Of a stretch of 64,000 nucleotides of DNA, positions 19,220 to 28,099 are shown piece after piece. The stretch is taken from the IMG/VR virus record IMGVR_UViG_3300042935_001795, positions 1 through 64,000 of that record. One strand, given 5' to 3'. Numbering within the stretch: position 1 is the stretch's first letter; each line of letters begins with the position of its first letter. A program made the position numbers and the translations under genes. The notes under the pieces were generated by a model. The model made no database searches, had not been told where the DNA came from, and saw nothing but the letters and a program-made list of their open reading frames with translations. Source of the stretch: a virus.

Positions 19220-19686
19220 TAATATCCTCTTTTTTGACGGTTAACATTTTCTTCTGCTTTCGCGAAGTAATAATTGTAAGCTGTTTTTGCATCTAATCCG
19301 ATTGAAGATGCATAATTTATAAAGAAATGTAGTATGTCTACCCATTCCATATAAAGTTCTTTTTTGTCCTCTTCTGATAGGTCGGAAACTTTCATAGTTT
19401 CATACTTTGCAAAGTCTTTTTTCCAGTATTTCCAAACTGCATTTCCACTACCATCTTTAATACCTCCAAGGGCATCGGTCATCTCGTGAATTTCATCAAC
19501 TACTGCGTGTGTATTAACATGCCAAAAGTTCATAATTTCTCTGATTGACATGTTTTCAAAATTAAAACCATAAGTTTGCTCTTGCATCCTCTTTTGGTTT
19601 TCCATAATATCCGCCAGGTGGGTGGTCGAATTTGAATAGAAGTCTTGGACTTCCAGGTCTTTACATTGATTGTCTATATTTGCCAT
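19219..19686 (-). CDS. Dimeric dUTPase/dCTPase (T4 gp56-like, MazG fold)
   Basis: VDEIHEM, WKYWK, EWVDILHF, KAEENVNRQKRGY. Confidence 0.85.
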   Translation of the reverse strand: MANIDNQCKDLEVQDFYSNSTTHLADIMENQKRMQEQTYGFNFENMSIREIMNFWHVNTHAVVDEIHEMTDALGGIKDGSGNAVWKYWKKDFAKYETMKVSDLSEEDKKELYMEWVDILHFFINYASSIGLDAKTAYNYYFAKAEENVNRQKRGY

Positions 19687-19728
19687 AAGTTTTTTATATA
19701 ATAGTTTTATAGGTAATTTTGAACTTGT

Positions 19729-20916
19729 TTAAAATAAACATGAACTTTTAAATGATACGTTTTCAACCTCGCATGATTCACCAATTTGCTCTTTTGAAAT
19801 TGGAGCATTTGCTCGGTTCAAGGCCATCTTTTTACTATCTCTAAGTCTTAGAAATACACCAAATTGACAACAACTAATTTCAGTACCAAACGTAGTAAAC
19901 CTTCCAGTCTCTGTGATTGTTTCTAAATAGTCAAGATTCTCTCCAGTAAAATCAAAGAATTCATGTTGAGTGTCCCGGATTTGTCTGATGACTTTAGCTC
20001 CAACATCAGATGAAATTGAAAAACCTAAATCTTCATAGAACCAGTTGATTGTGGTCATTGCTCCAACTCCAGGTGCAACAAAGTCATCGTCTTCGTTAAG
20101 ATTTCCAGATAGACTATTTGGTCGCAATAGATCAGGAGTCCCAATTTCAGGCATTCGGGCAAGGTTGGTACTAAAGTGATATCCATAATAGTTTCCAATT
20201 CCTCGATGTGATGTTAGAAAGTCGAAAGACTCTTCCATTGTTGGTTTCTTGGCGTAGAATTCTGCGAAACGTGGACCTAGTAAGGTAAACCAAAAAAACA
20301 TATCGCTTGTTCGACTCTGTCTGGTTGGATCTGGTTCGGCATTGATTAATATATCATAAGGAGTTTTAAGAACTCGGGCATGGTTTCTCGATTCGGTCTG
20401 CAAACTTGTTCGTAATTCTGTAGTACCATAAATCTTTTCTCCACGTCTCCTTGCATTCTCCATATTAACCATGCAATGCAGAACATACTTCTCATCATTA
20501 ACTAATCGGTCATATTTAACAAATGGAAATCCAGTGTCGTGTGTTAATAGACTAATTGTATTTGACGGTCCATAGAATTTTACAATTGCTGCATTAATTA
20601 GTCGGTCTTCAAAGGTACATTCTGGATTGTAGAAGACATTTTCGTTTAACCAAATAATCTCGTCGTGAAACGAACGATTTGGGTGGAAGTATGGAACTGA
20701 TCGTCCCTCTACAATAAATCCATGCCCAAATTTGTCCTCTCCAGTACCTTCGCGATGTCTAAATGTATCGAAGGTGCATGTTTTTGCAAAACGAACTTCA
20801 TATTCTCTTCGATTCATTTCATGAATAAAATCTCGAAGTAATTGCTTTTTTTCTGCTGGTATTAAATCCAACAGCGCCTGAGAATCCATCTCAAGCAGTT
20901 TTTTATTTGAAGTCAT
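19729..20916 (-). CDS. 5-hmdU DNA kinase-like protein (aGPT-pyrophosphorylase clade 1 family), divergent
   Basis: RGIGNYYGYHFSTNL, EDDDFVAPGVGA and EISCCQF match the family pattern GIG.F..Y....DL / DFV..GPGA / E..LCEF. Confidence 0.65.
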   Translation of the reverse strand: MTSNKKLLEMDSQALLDLIPAEKKQLLRDFIHEMNRREYEVRFAKTCTFDTFRHREGTGEDKFGHGFIVEGRSVPYFHPNRSFHDEIIWLNENVFYNPECTFEDRLINAAIVKFYGPSNTISLLTHDTGFPFVKYDRLVNDEKYVLHCMVNMENARRRGEKIYGTTELRTSLQTESRNHARVLKTPYDILINAEPDPTRQSRTSDMFFWFTLLGPRFAEFYAKKPTMEESFDFLTSHRGIGNYYGYHFSTNLARMPEIGTPDLLRPNSLSGNLNEDDDFVAPGVGAMTTINWFYEDLGFSISSDVGAKVIRQIRDTQHEFFDFTGENLDYLETITETGRFTTFGTEISCCQFGVFLRLRDSKKMALNRANAPISKEQIGESCEVENVSFKSSCLF

Positions 20917-20918
20917 TT

Positions 20919-21956
20919 TTATATTTTATTTTTTAAAGTATCATTAAATTCTTTAAATATTCTTTTTAATTCTTGTTTTTGTTTAAGTATTAAATCTTCT
21001 GAATATAAACTTACTAATTTTTTAACATCTTCTCGAGATTCAACATATAATATACTTCTAAGTTTAGTATCTTTTATTAACTCTTTATTTGGGTCATATT
21101 CTATTGGAATTGCAGCTAGACAGTTAGAAGCTAGTGTTTCATAAAATCTAAAAGTAGTTGTATTACCCTGATGTTCTTCATCTGCAATTATAATACTCAC
21201 TTTAGATTCATCAATAACATTTAGCATTTCGGTATGCTTTAAAGGTAGAATTTGAGTAGCATTAATTTTTTTAGATTTATATCCAATTAAAATATTATTG
21301 CCATCATGTGGCATATACTTTTGTAATATTTGTTCTCTATAAGATTTTCTATTTCTACCAAAATAAACAACATCCCATTTTTTATTATTTTCAATTTCAA
21401 ATAATGCAGCATTTGGACTATTTATTTTATTTTGAAATAGGTCTTTAAACATATACTTAAAAAAATCAAAGTATATTATTTTATTAGGGTCTCCTTCCCA
21501 TCCATTGAATTGTTTAATGTCTTTTCCGGGAAATAATTGTATTGAATCTTTTATAAGATTATCCCAAGTTTTAACATGTTCTTGACAAAGATTAAATCTT
21601 TCTAAAGCTTTAGCTGGATTAATAGGTGGTAAATGAGGATCTGCGACTATATTATAAATCTGAACCTTTGCATTAGAAATACCCTCTACACAAGAAATCA
21701 TGTGGGATTTAATTCCTCCTCCAAAAAAGTTAGCACCGGACAATTGAATAAAAATTCCATCATATTCTTTCCACTCTGCTAGAGAAGCATCAATATAGAA
21801 GTCTTGGTCTTTGTTTGATCTGTTTTTTTGGCCTATTACATGGACTTCATGTCCTGCTTCAATTAGCGCCTTTCTAACATAATAGACTTCTAGTCCATTT
21901 GCTCTTTCTCTATGATGAGATGTATTTATAAAAAACGAAAGTATCCCAAATTTCAT
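20919..21956 (-). CDS. T4 DNA beta-glucosyltransferase-like GT-B glycosyltransferase
   Basis: NFFGG, DVVYFGRNR, TFRFYETLAS...EYDP...LYVESREDV parallel T4 BGT motifs. Confidence 0.7.
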   Translation of the reverse strand: MKFGILSFFINTSHHRERANGLEVYYVRKALIEAGHEVHVIGQKNRSNKDQDFYIDASLAEWKEYDGIFIQLSGANFFGGGIKSHMISCVEGISNAKVQIYNIVADPHLPPINPAKALERFNLCQEHVKTWDNLIKDSIQLFPGKDIKQFNGWEGDPNKIIYFDFFKYMFKDLFQNKINSPNAALFEIENNKKWDVVYFGRNRKSYREQILQKYMPHDGNNILIGYKSKKINATQILPLKHTEMLNVIDESKVSIIIADEEHQGNTTTFRFYETLASNCLAAIPIEYDPNKELIKDTKLRSILYVESREDVKKLVSLYSEDLILKQKQELKRIFKEFNDTLKNKI

Positions 21957-21957
21957 C

Positions 21958-22356
21958 CTATTTTTGTACTAATTTAGACACAATGTTAACCAATTCAACT
22001 TCAGGACAGTTTTCCTGAATGATTTGATATTGTATAGGGTCATCTTCAAAAAACCTGGAAACAATAACACCTTCACCTTTTAAACGGTTGATTGTATGTG
22101 CTTTGTGATGTCCAGAATGTCTTCTTGCCGCAACGGTATGGTTTCCACGTTCCTCAAGAGTCATTGGATTAAAATACACCTTGCATTTAATTCCTCTCTC
22201 TTTAAGGATTGCGCGAACCTCATCCTGTTCATCAACGCATCTTCCAGTAATAACAAAATCTGTTGTTGCTCTTGGAGTTATTCCAATTGAAATTACTCCG
22301 TCAAAATCGTATCCGTAGATATCGCTTGGTTTTTTGGTTTTAAAAATATTTAACAT
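21958..22356 (-). CDS. Capless HAD-family phosphatase
   Basis: DFDGV (motif I), ITGR (II), K (III), FFEDD (IV). Confidence 0.8.
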   Translation of the reverse strand: MLNIFKTKKPSDIYGYDFDGVISIGITPRATTDFVITGRCVDEQDEVRAILKERGIKCKVYFNPMTLEERGNHTVAARRHSGHHKAHTINRLKGEGVIVSRFFEDDPIQYQIIQENCPEVELVNIVSKLVQK

Positions 22357-22371
22357 GCTTAAAGTTTTGAT

Positions 22372-22401
22372 AAAAAAAGGGAGAGTTATTTCTCTCCCTT
22401 T
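22372..22401 (-). terminator. Terminator-like hairpin after the inositol synthase gene
   Basis: AAAGGGAGAG-AAATAA-CTCTCCCTTT followed by a T run. Confidence 0.75.
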
Positions 22402-22422
22402 AGGTTAATGTAATTTTTAGAC

Positions 22423-23610
22423 TTATTTTGTTTTAGCAACTAACTGTTTTCTTGTAGAATCTGTTAGGCGTCTTGCTGCCAATTCAGTACATTCATAAAC
22501 AGCGTCAGCAAACATCATCTGGTCTGGTGGGGTTTTTTGTGTAAATGCTGAAGGACCTCTTAAGGCTCCTACAACTCCTAATTCTCTTGCAACTCTTAAG
22601 TAACGAACTGCGTCAATTACAACTCCTGCAGAGTTTGGAGAGTCTTGTACACTTAATTGAGCATCAAAAAGAACTGGTGCTCCACCGAATCCTGTAAGTT
22701 CTAAACGGAAGTTAGCAACTTTATTATCACCATAGAATGCGATATACTCAGAAGGACCTGCATGTAAGAATGAATCTTCAGTTGAGATTCCTCTAATTTC
22801 GTTTTGAGCACGAATAACATTTTCTTTAGAAATCTTTTTAGATGCTAGACGAGATTTGTCTTCCATGTTTAAGAAATCTGTGTTACCTCCAACATTTCTT
22901 TGGATGTGCGCTTTTACGTGATGTCCTCTTTCAAAGGCAAGTTCTTGTAACATTTGAGAAAGAATACTTGCTCCAAATTGAGAACGCATATCATCACCGA
23001 TGATTGGAATACCTGCATCGATAAATCTTTGCTCCCAAGCTGGGTCAGATGCGATAAAAACTGGAATACAGTTTACTAGTGAGATTCCTGTTTCAAGACA
23101 AATTTCAGCCCAGAATTCAGTTGTTTTTTGAGAACCTACTGGTAAGTAGTTAATTAGTACCTCAACTCCATGGTCTTTTAATTTGGCAATGATTGAATCC
23201 TTCCATTCACGTGCTTTTTTTGTTGTCCAATTTGTACGATTAATATCGGTAGTATTTCTTAAATACTCGTCAACTAAGAAACGATTTTGTTCTGGATAAT
23301 TATCCATAAGGGCTGCATAACCATCAATTACTGGAGCCTCATAAACTGGTGCTTTACTAGTAATAACATCAACGATGTCCCATGCAGAGTTTGGTCTTTG
23401 TTTAAGTGCATATCCTAGTGTTTGATTAACTTTACGTTCATCAATTTCGAATCCACAAACAAATTCAATATTTTCTGCTTTGTAACCTCCAATATCGGAC
23501 TTCATCATTCCGGTAATATCATTTGGATTCTCTGTGTAATATTGTACACCTTCAACTAATGATTTAGCGCAATTTCCAGTCCCAATAATTCCTACTTTAA
23601 TTTTGTTCAT
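22423..23610 (-). CDS. ino1: myo-inositol-1-phosphate synthase
   Basis: GTGNCAKSLVEG, INYLPVGS, GDDMRSQFGA, NVGGNTDFLNM, SKKISK, DSPNSAGV. Confidence 0.95.
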   Translation of the reverse strand: MNKIKVGIIGTGNCAKSLVEGVQYYTENPNDITGMMKSDIGGYKAENIEFVCGFEIDERKVNQTLGYALKQRPNSAWDIVDVITSKAPVYEAPVIDGYAALMDNYPEQNRFLVDEYLRNTTDINRTNWTTKKAREWKDSIIAKLKDHGVEVLINYLPVGSQKTTEFWAEICLETGISLVNCIPVFIASDPAWEQRFIDAGIPIIGDDMRSQFGASILSQMLQELAFERGHHVKAHIQRNVGGNTDFLNMEDKSRLASKKISKENVIRAQNEIRGISTEDSFLHAGPSEYIAFYGDNKVANFRLELTGFGGAPVLFDAQLSVQDSPNSAGVVIDAVRYLRVARELGVVGALRGPSAFTQKTPPDQMMFADAVYECTELAARRLTDSTRKQLVAKTK

Positions 23611-23665
23611 TGTTTTAAAATTTAATTTATAATTTTTATACTTGTTTTATTTAAAAAGTTTCAAA

Positions 23666-24250
23666 TTAAAACCACTCATGTACTACTACACCTAGGTTTG
23701 TAATGTCATTAACTATTTTTTGGCGTGATTCAAAAGATTCGGATGGCATAGCTCTTTCGTGGAACTCAATATAGATTTCCTTTATATTACTAATGGTACA
23801 ATCTTCTATCATCTTTCTTAAGACCGAGAATTCAGAACCTTCAATATCCATCTTGCATATTATGTTTGAATCTTTGGGTAGTTCAGAAACAAACTTGCTA
23901 AAATCAATACTTGGAACCTGTACATAGGTCTCATAACCTGGCCAATAAAATCCAATTCCATTAATTGAAGATGCCCATCCGTCTATATCGGACTGTCCAT
24001 CTGTTGGAGAACCTGTTTGGCTCTTTTTATGGTTTTCTTGATTAAATAGTACAAATCCATCCTCAATCCATACTGCCTGATTATGGCAAGTAATATTTAG
24101 GGGTATTTTCTTTACTCGTTCTTCTATGTTACATTCAGGATTTGCCTCAAAGGTATGAATCTCAAATGTATCATCAATAACTCCTTTAGCCTGAAAGTCG
24201 AGTAGGCCTTCACAAAGATGAGTGCCGCAATCTAAAAAAATGTTTTTCAT
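23666..24250 (-). CDS. FkbM-family SAM methyltransferase
   Basis: FLDCG.H..EG, FEANP, KMDIEGSEF, IEFH. Confidence 0.85.
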   Translation of the reverse strand: MKNIFLDCGTHLCEGLLDFQAKGVIDDTFEIHTFEANPECNIEERVKKIPLNITCHNQAVWIEDGFVLFNQENHKKSQTGSPTDGQSDIDGWASSINGIGFYWPGYETYVQVPSIDFSKFVSELPKDSNIICKMDIEGSEFSVLRKMIEDCTISNIKEIYIEFHERAMPSESFESRQKIVNDITNLGVVVHEWF

Positions 24251-24264
24251 ATATTATTTTGTTT

Positions 24265-25329
24265 TTAAAAAAGAGTATTAATAGTTTTCTTTAGTACAAC
24301 ATTTTTCTCGGACGTCTCGAAATCATATTGGTAAAACTCTCTAGATAGGTGAACAGAACCTGGCTTTTCCATGTAGGTATCGGCAAAATACTGTGGGTCT
24401 GCTGAGTACCAGTGAATTGGCCATTCGATTACGTTCATATTATATATAGCCGAGAGTTTGTCAACCTCTTCGTTAAATATTTCCATTAATTGAGTCCGTT
24501 CTCGTTGAGTTCCGATAAATGGAGTACCTTTATGGTACCCGGTTTTTGGAATTCTACGACCTTCAAATTCAATAGGCAATAATTTTACAATGGTATTCTT
24601 TTGAATTCCTAAAGATTTAAGGTGTTCAAAGTAATTCTTTACAAGTGATTTAACAGCTTCAACTGGTTTTTCTTGTCGACATAAGTGATGACGAACGTCG
24701 ATGTTTCCAAAGTAAGTAATCAAGTGATCAGTTCCTTCAGGAATATATGAGGCCATTCCTTCTTTTAAGACTCCAAATAGGGTTTTACCATCATTTCGAC
24801 TAATATTTGAACCAGGATGGTACACTGAAACGGAATGAGAATCTCCTAACACAAATGTTTTAGAATCCAGTTTTAATTCAATAGTTTGTGTTTCAAGACT
24901 TCTTTTTGTAAGTGCTTCAGTATTAAGAGATGCCCATAAAGGTGAACATGATTTCATCCGGCTTTCGGCAAATTGTCCAACATTTGGCATTTCTCGATTC
25001 AAACAATATATTGTTCCACTAAAATCTAAGAATCTTTTAATTCTCTCTGCTGGTTCGTCAGTGGCTCCACCAAATAGGTTATAAGAACCTTGAAATTCCA
25101 TTGGAAGTGCTACTAACCAAACATCATATTGATGAATATCTTCTGACTTGGTAAGTACTTCAACATCCAATCCGAGAGACCTCAATTGATTAGCTAGGAG
25201 AAAGGCCCATGCACTTTTATGGCTAGCCTTCTTTGAACTATACGTAGTTACTACATCATCAATTGCAATCTTCTTGCCCTTTAATGAATCTAAAACTGCA
25301 TAAATATTAACCATTGTTTTGCTTTTCAT
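24265..25329 (-). CDS. Two-domain protein: BGT-N-like domain plus SGNH-like domain (start may be 25314)
   Basis: N-half YDVWLV...NLFGG resembles 20919..21956; C-half has GDSHS, G, GNIDVRHH and SVHL. Confidence 0.55.
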   Translation of the reverse strand: MKSKTMVNIYAVLDSLKGKKIAIDDVVTTYSSKKASHKSAWAFLLANQLRSLGLDVEVLTKSEDIHQYDVWLVALPMEFQGSYNLFGGATDEPAERIKRFLDFSGTIYCLNREMPNVGQFAESRMKSCSPLWASLNTEALTKRSLETQTIELKLDSKTFVLGDSHSVSVYHPGSNISRNDGKTLFGVLKEGMASYIPEGTDHLITYFGNIDVRHHLCRQEKPVEAVKSLVKNYFEHLKSLGIQKNTIVKLLPIEFEGRRIPKTGYHKGTPFIGTQRERTQLMEIFNEEVDKLSAIYNMNVIEWPIHWYSADPQYFADTYMEKPGSVHLSREFYQYDFETSEKNVVLKKTINTLF

Positions 25330-25582
25330 TAATGTAATTGTCTAATCCTTGGATATATGCAACTGCATCTAATAAGTTATCACGTTTGTGATTGTAAGAT
25401 TCTCTTGAGAATTTAAGTGCAACAAGTGCTTTAAACATGTGTTCACCTGTAACTTCAAGTCCGGTCATACCTTTAAAAATCATTGCAGCCCTGTCCATAC
25501 CTTCTGAGAAAGGACCATAGTTTCTGTCTGCTTCTTCGGAGCGGTTATTAACTATTCCGCTTGCTTCGTCTAAAATATTCAT
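25307..25582 (-). CDS. DUF6378-like protein, often found in phage nucleotide-modification loci
   Basis: ILDEA..IV..R...YG....F, LKFSR, HKRDNLLDAVAY. Confidence 0.75.
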   Translation of the reverse strand: MNILDEASGIVNNRSEEADRNYGPFSEGMDRAAMIFKGMTGLEVTGEHMFKALVALKFSRESYNHKRDNLLDAVAYIQGLDNYINEKQNNG

Positions 25583-25645
25583 AGTTTGTGTTTAAGTATT
25601 ATATGTTATATATTGGTTTTGTTTTTTATGCACTTTAATTTAATA

Positions 25646-25656
25646 TGTAAATATAA
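25646..25656 (-). promoter_or_regulatory. TTATATTTACA box resembling a Bacteroidota -7 element; identical copies at 31118-31128 and 38885-38895
   Basis: Three identical 11-mers, each just downstream of a hairpin; similar to the TAnnTTTG consensus. Confidence 0.6.
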
Positions 25657-25672
25657 TACAAAAAATCGACAT

Positions 25673-25717
25673 AAAAAAATCCTGACTAAAAAAGTTATTA
25701 ACAATTTTGTCAGGATT
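25673..25717 (-). terminator. Terminator closing the ncRNA transcript
   Basis: AATCCTGAC...GTCAGGATT stem followed by a T run. Confidence 0.7.
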
Positions 25718-25726
25718 AAATTATTA

Positions 25727-25965
25727 CGGGATCGTTTTTCGTGATTTTCTTCCCGGCGGAATAACCCATTTTATAGTCTTCGGCTTTGATGTTCGCGAGC
25801 GTCTACTAAACTTCGACCCATCCTACTTATCACCTATTGGGGTGGTGCGACTGGTGATCTATTTTTTATACTGGTTAAACTTCCATTTGCCTGTTATACT
25901 TGATACTATCTCTGTAATACGTCTGGCTATCATAGTTGTGTGAGTACTTTTTGCTGTACCGATCC
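25727..25965 (-). ncRNA. Y-RNA-like unit 2 (~239 nt)
   Basis: 5' GGATCG-GTACAGCAA ... AAAAA-CGATCC-CG terminal stem; internal ATCACC/GGTGAT hairpin. Confidence 0.6.
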
Positions 25966-25967
25966 AC

Positions 25968-26023
25968 CTGGTTCCGATTTTGCGTAGTTTATAATTGCTT
26001 GTATCGTTTGCTGTAAGGAACCA
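25968..26023 (-). ncRNA. Y-RNA-like unit 1 (~56 nt)
   Basis: 5' TGGTTCC-TTACAGCAA ... AAAATC-GGAACCA-G terminal stem; starts ~9 nt after the GATATATA promoter. Confidence 0.62.
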
Positions 26024-26040
26024 ATTTATTGTATATATCT

Positions 26041-27471
26041 TTAAACAACTGGAGCGTATCTCTCACTCAAAATTGTTTTATCCATGATTTGTTGTGGAGA
26101 TTCTATATCTCCTCCAAGTAAACTTGTCATAATTGCTGGAGAGAATCCTGAAACAAGTGCGGTTCCTTTAGCATCAAATGCAACTGGTACTCCTCCGTTT
26201 CGGGATTGAATATTCCAGTAAACAATTTGAGGTACTTTGTAACCTGCATCGGCATACATTTTCTCAATTAACTGCTGAGCAGTAGGTGTCCATTTTCCAC
26301 CTTCGTTTCTCCAACCTCCACCTCCGGTTGCCGAGTTAAATTCCATATCCGATAGGATTAAGATTTTGTTTGGCATTTTGTCTTGAGACAATTTGTGCTT
26401 AGTGGCCTGATCTAGGATCAGTTTGAATGTAGCCTCAAGATCTGTTGACATTCCCCAATCAGAGTCTGACATCTGTGTGTAGCGATCATTCAGTGAGCCA
26501 CTTAATACTTGCAACTGTGGTTTACTTGAGAATGTTATAAATGCATCTTTGAAAGGACCCACATTTCTTTCAGAAATATAGAGACCTAATGAGATTGCAA
26601 CATTCATACAAGTTACAGTTTTACTTCCACCAGCTGGACTTGACATAGAACCTGAAACGTCTACTACTGGTAAAATCATATCGTTTGCACCTTCCAAATA
26701 GTTTGGCAAGGCTTTCCATTGTTCGTTTGCTACGGTTGCATTTCCACGCTCTAACGATGTAATAATATCGTAAGGATAAACTGCACCTGCATTAATCTTA
26801 GCCTCACCTTTTACAAGGGAAGCAATATACGCTGAATAACTTTCGTATGCATTTTTACCAAAGGCTTTTTGGTAACGTGCAGAAGCTACTGATGGTAATT
26901 TACCGAAGTCAATAGAATTCCAGTCTTTAGCACACATTTTAGTTTCAACAACACTTGTTAAACCTACAAGAGATTTTCTGTATTGTTTTGGGGACATTCC
27001 AGTAAATTTACGTAACTTTTCGGCTACTGCTCCTTTACGTGGCATCCATTTAGCACATAAACCATTTTCGTTGATTAATGCATCTGAAATTAGGGTGAAT
27101 GCCTCCTTTTCAAGATATGTTCCTGCTAAGGCTAGTAAGTCGTCCCAGCGTCCGTACTCTGAAATTAAGTGTAAGTTTGGTCTAAGTACCAAATCGTGGT
27201 TTTCTGCCAAGTAGACTAAAATGTCTTTGAAAACTTGACGTTCTCCAGCTCCACCTCGAACATCTCTAGCCCAAAAAAGAAGTTTCATAGCACGCTTTGG
27301 GTCTTCATTAAATGCTTTAGAGAAAGTAGTAATCAAACGTTGTTTGTCCTGTCCTCTCATAGCTCCAATGTTAAAGAAAAGGTCAACACATGCATTCAAT
27401 GATGTCGAATTTGTCGCCATTCCATTTTCAGTTACCATGTCCTCTTGTCTTAATGCGTCTATAAATTCCAT
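26041..27471 (-). CDS. Ro60/TROVE-like helical protein with a vWA domain (DUF2828 family)
   Basis: TENG, RDVRGGAGER, YGRWDD, AKWMPR, MIDAS VVDVSGSM, ILSDMEF, YWN, SGFS. Confidence 0.85.
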   Translation of the reverse strand: MEFIDALRQEDMVTENGMATNSTSLNACVDLFFNIGAMRGQDKQRLITTFSKAFNEDPKRAMKLLFWARDVRGGAGERQVFKDILVYLAENHDLVLRPNLHLISEYGRWDDLLALAGTYLEKEAFTLISDALINENGLCAKWMPRKGAVAEKLRKFTGMSPKQYRKSLVGLTSVVETKMCAKDWNSIDFGKLPSVASARYQKAFGKNAYESYSAYIASLVKGEAKINAGAVYPYDIITSLERGNATVANEQWKALPNYLEGANDMILPVVDVSGSMSSPAGGSKTVTCMNVAISLGLYISERNVGPFKDAFITFSSKPQLQVLSGSLNDRYTQMSDSDWGMSTDLEATFKLILDQATKHKLSQDKMPNKILILSDMEFNSATGGGGWRNEGGKWTPTAQQLIEKMYADAGYKVPQIVYWNIQSRNGGVPVAFDAKGTALVSGFSPAIMTSLLGGDIESPQQIMDKTILSERYAPVV

Positions 27472-27526
27472 TTTGTTTATTTTTAAGTTCTTAATTTATA
27501 CTTGTTATAATTTTTTTATAATCTAA

Positions 27527-28090
27527 TTATTCATAATTAATAGTTAAAGAAAGCTTTCCATCAACACAGCTTTCAACGCTATGCATCGTTCCGGCTGGAA
27601 TTAAGAAAGACTGATCTTCTACCAGAATATTTTCATTATTAATTTTCCAAAGACTTTTGCCATAAATAGGTTTCACTATTACATCATAGTTATGAGAATG
27701 TTGATTAAAACTGACTCTAGAACTTTCGGAACCTTTTGAAAAATAAAAGTTTGCATGTAGTTTTTTACCACAAACATTAAATAATTTTTCACTTAAATCT
27801 CTTAATTCAACAGAAAGATCTAAAACATCAGCTAAAGTTGTGGTAAGACCGTAATCATAAAACTTTTTCCACTCATCAAATATAAATAATCCATCTAAAT
27901 CAAAAAAACCAGATCTCGAGTTTCTTCCCCACTGGTCTATTGTTTCAACTGTACGATCATTACTATTAAATCGTATTGTCCATCTTTTAGTAATTTTTAA
28001 AAAATTAAATACATCTTCTTCAGACAAATTAATTTTATGATTATTAATTATATCTAGAGATGTTTTCAACAAACTATCGTATTTATTCAT
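27527..28090 (-). CDS. Cupin/JmjC-like protein (possible Fe(II) oxygenase)
   Basis: ANFYFS...FNQHSH.YDV...GKSLW...IPAGTMHSV...LSLT. Confidence 0.7.
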   Translation of the reverse strand: MNKYDSLLKTSLDIINNHKINLSEEDVFNFLKITKRWTIRFNSNDRTVETIDQWGRNSRSGFFDLDGLFIFDEWKKFYDYGLTTTLADVLDLSVELRDLSEKLFNVCGKKLHANFYFSKGSESSRVSFNQHSHNYDVIVKPIYGKSLWKINNENILVEDQSFLIPAGTMHSVESCVDGKLSLTINYE

Positions 28091-28099
28091 TATAAATAT

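Noticed and set aside
25707-25943. 78-aa plus-strand ORF
   Set aside because: It runs opposite to all other genes, has no recognisable promoter or motif, and overlaps the structured minus-strand RNA unit.
11764-26040. tRNA or tmRNA genes in the GC-richer intergenic stretches
   Set aside because: I could not build a cloverleaf with T-arm and acceptor end by eye; tRNAscan/ARAGORN would be needed to exclude them fully.
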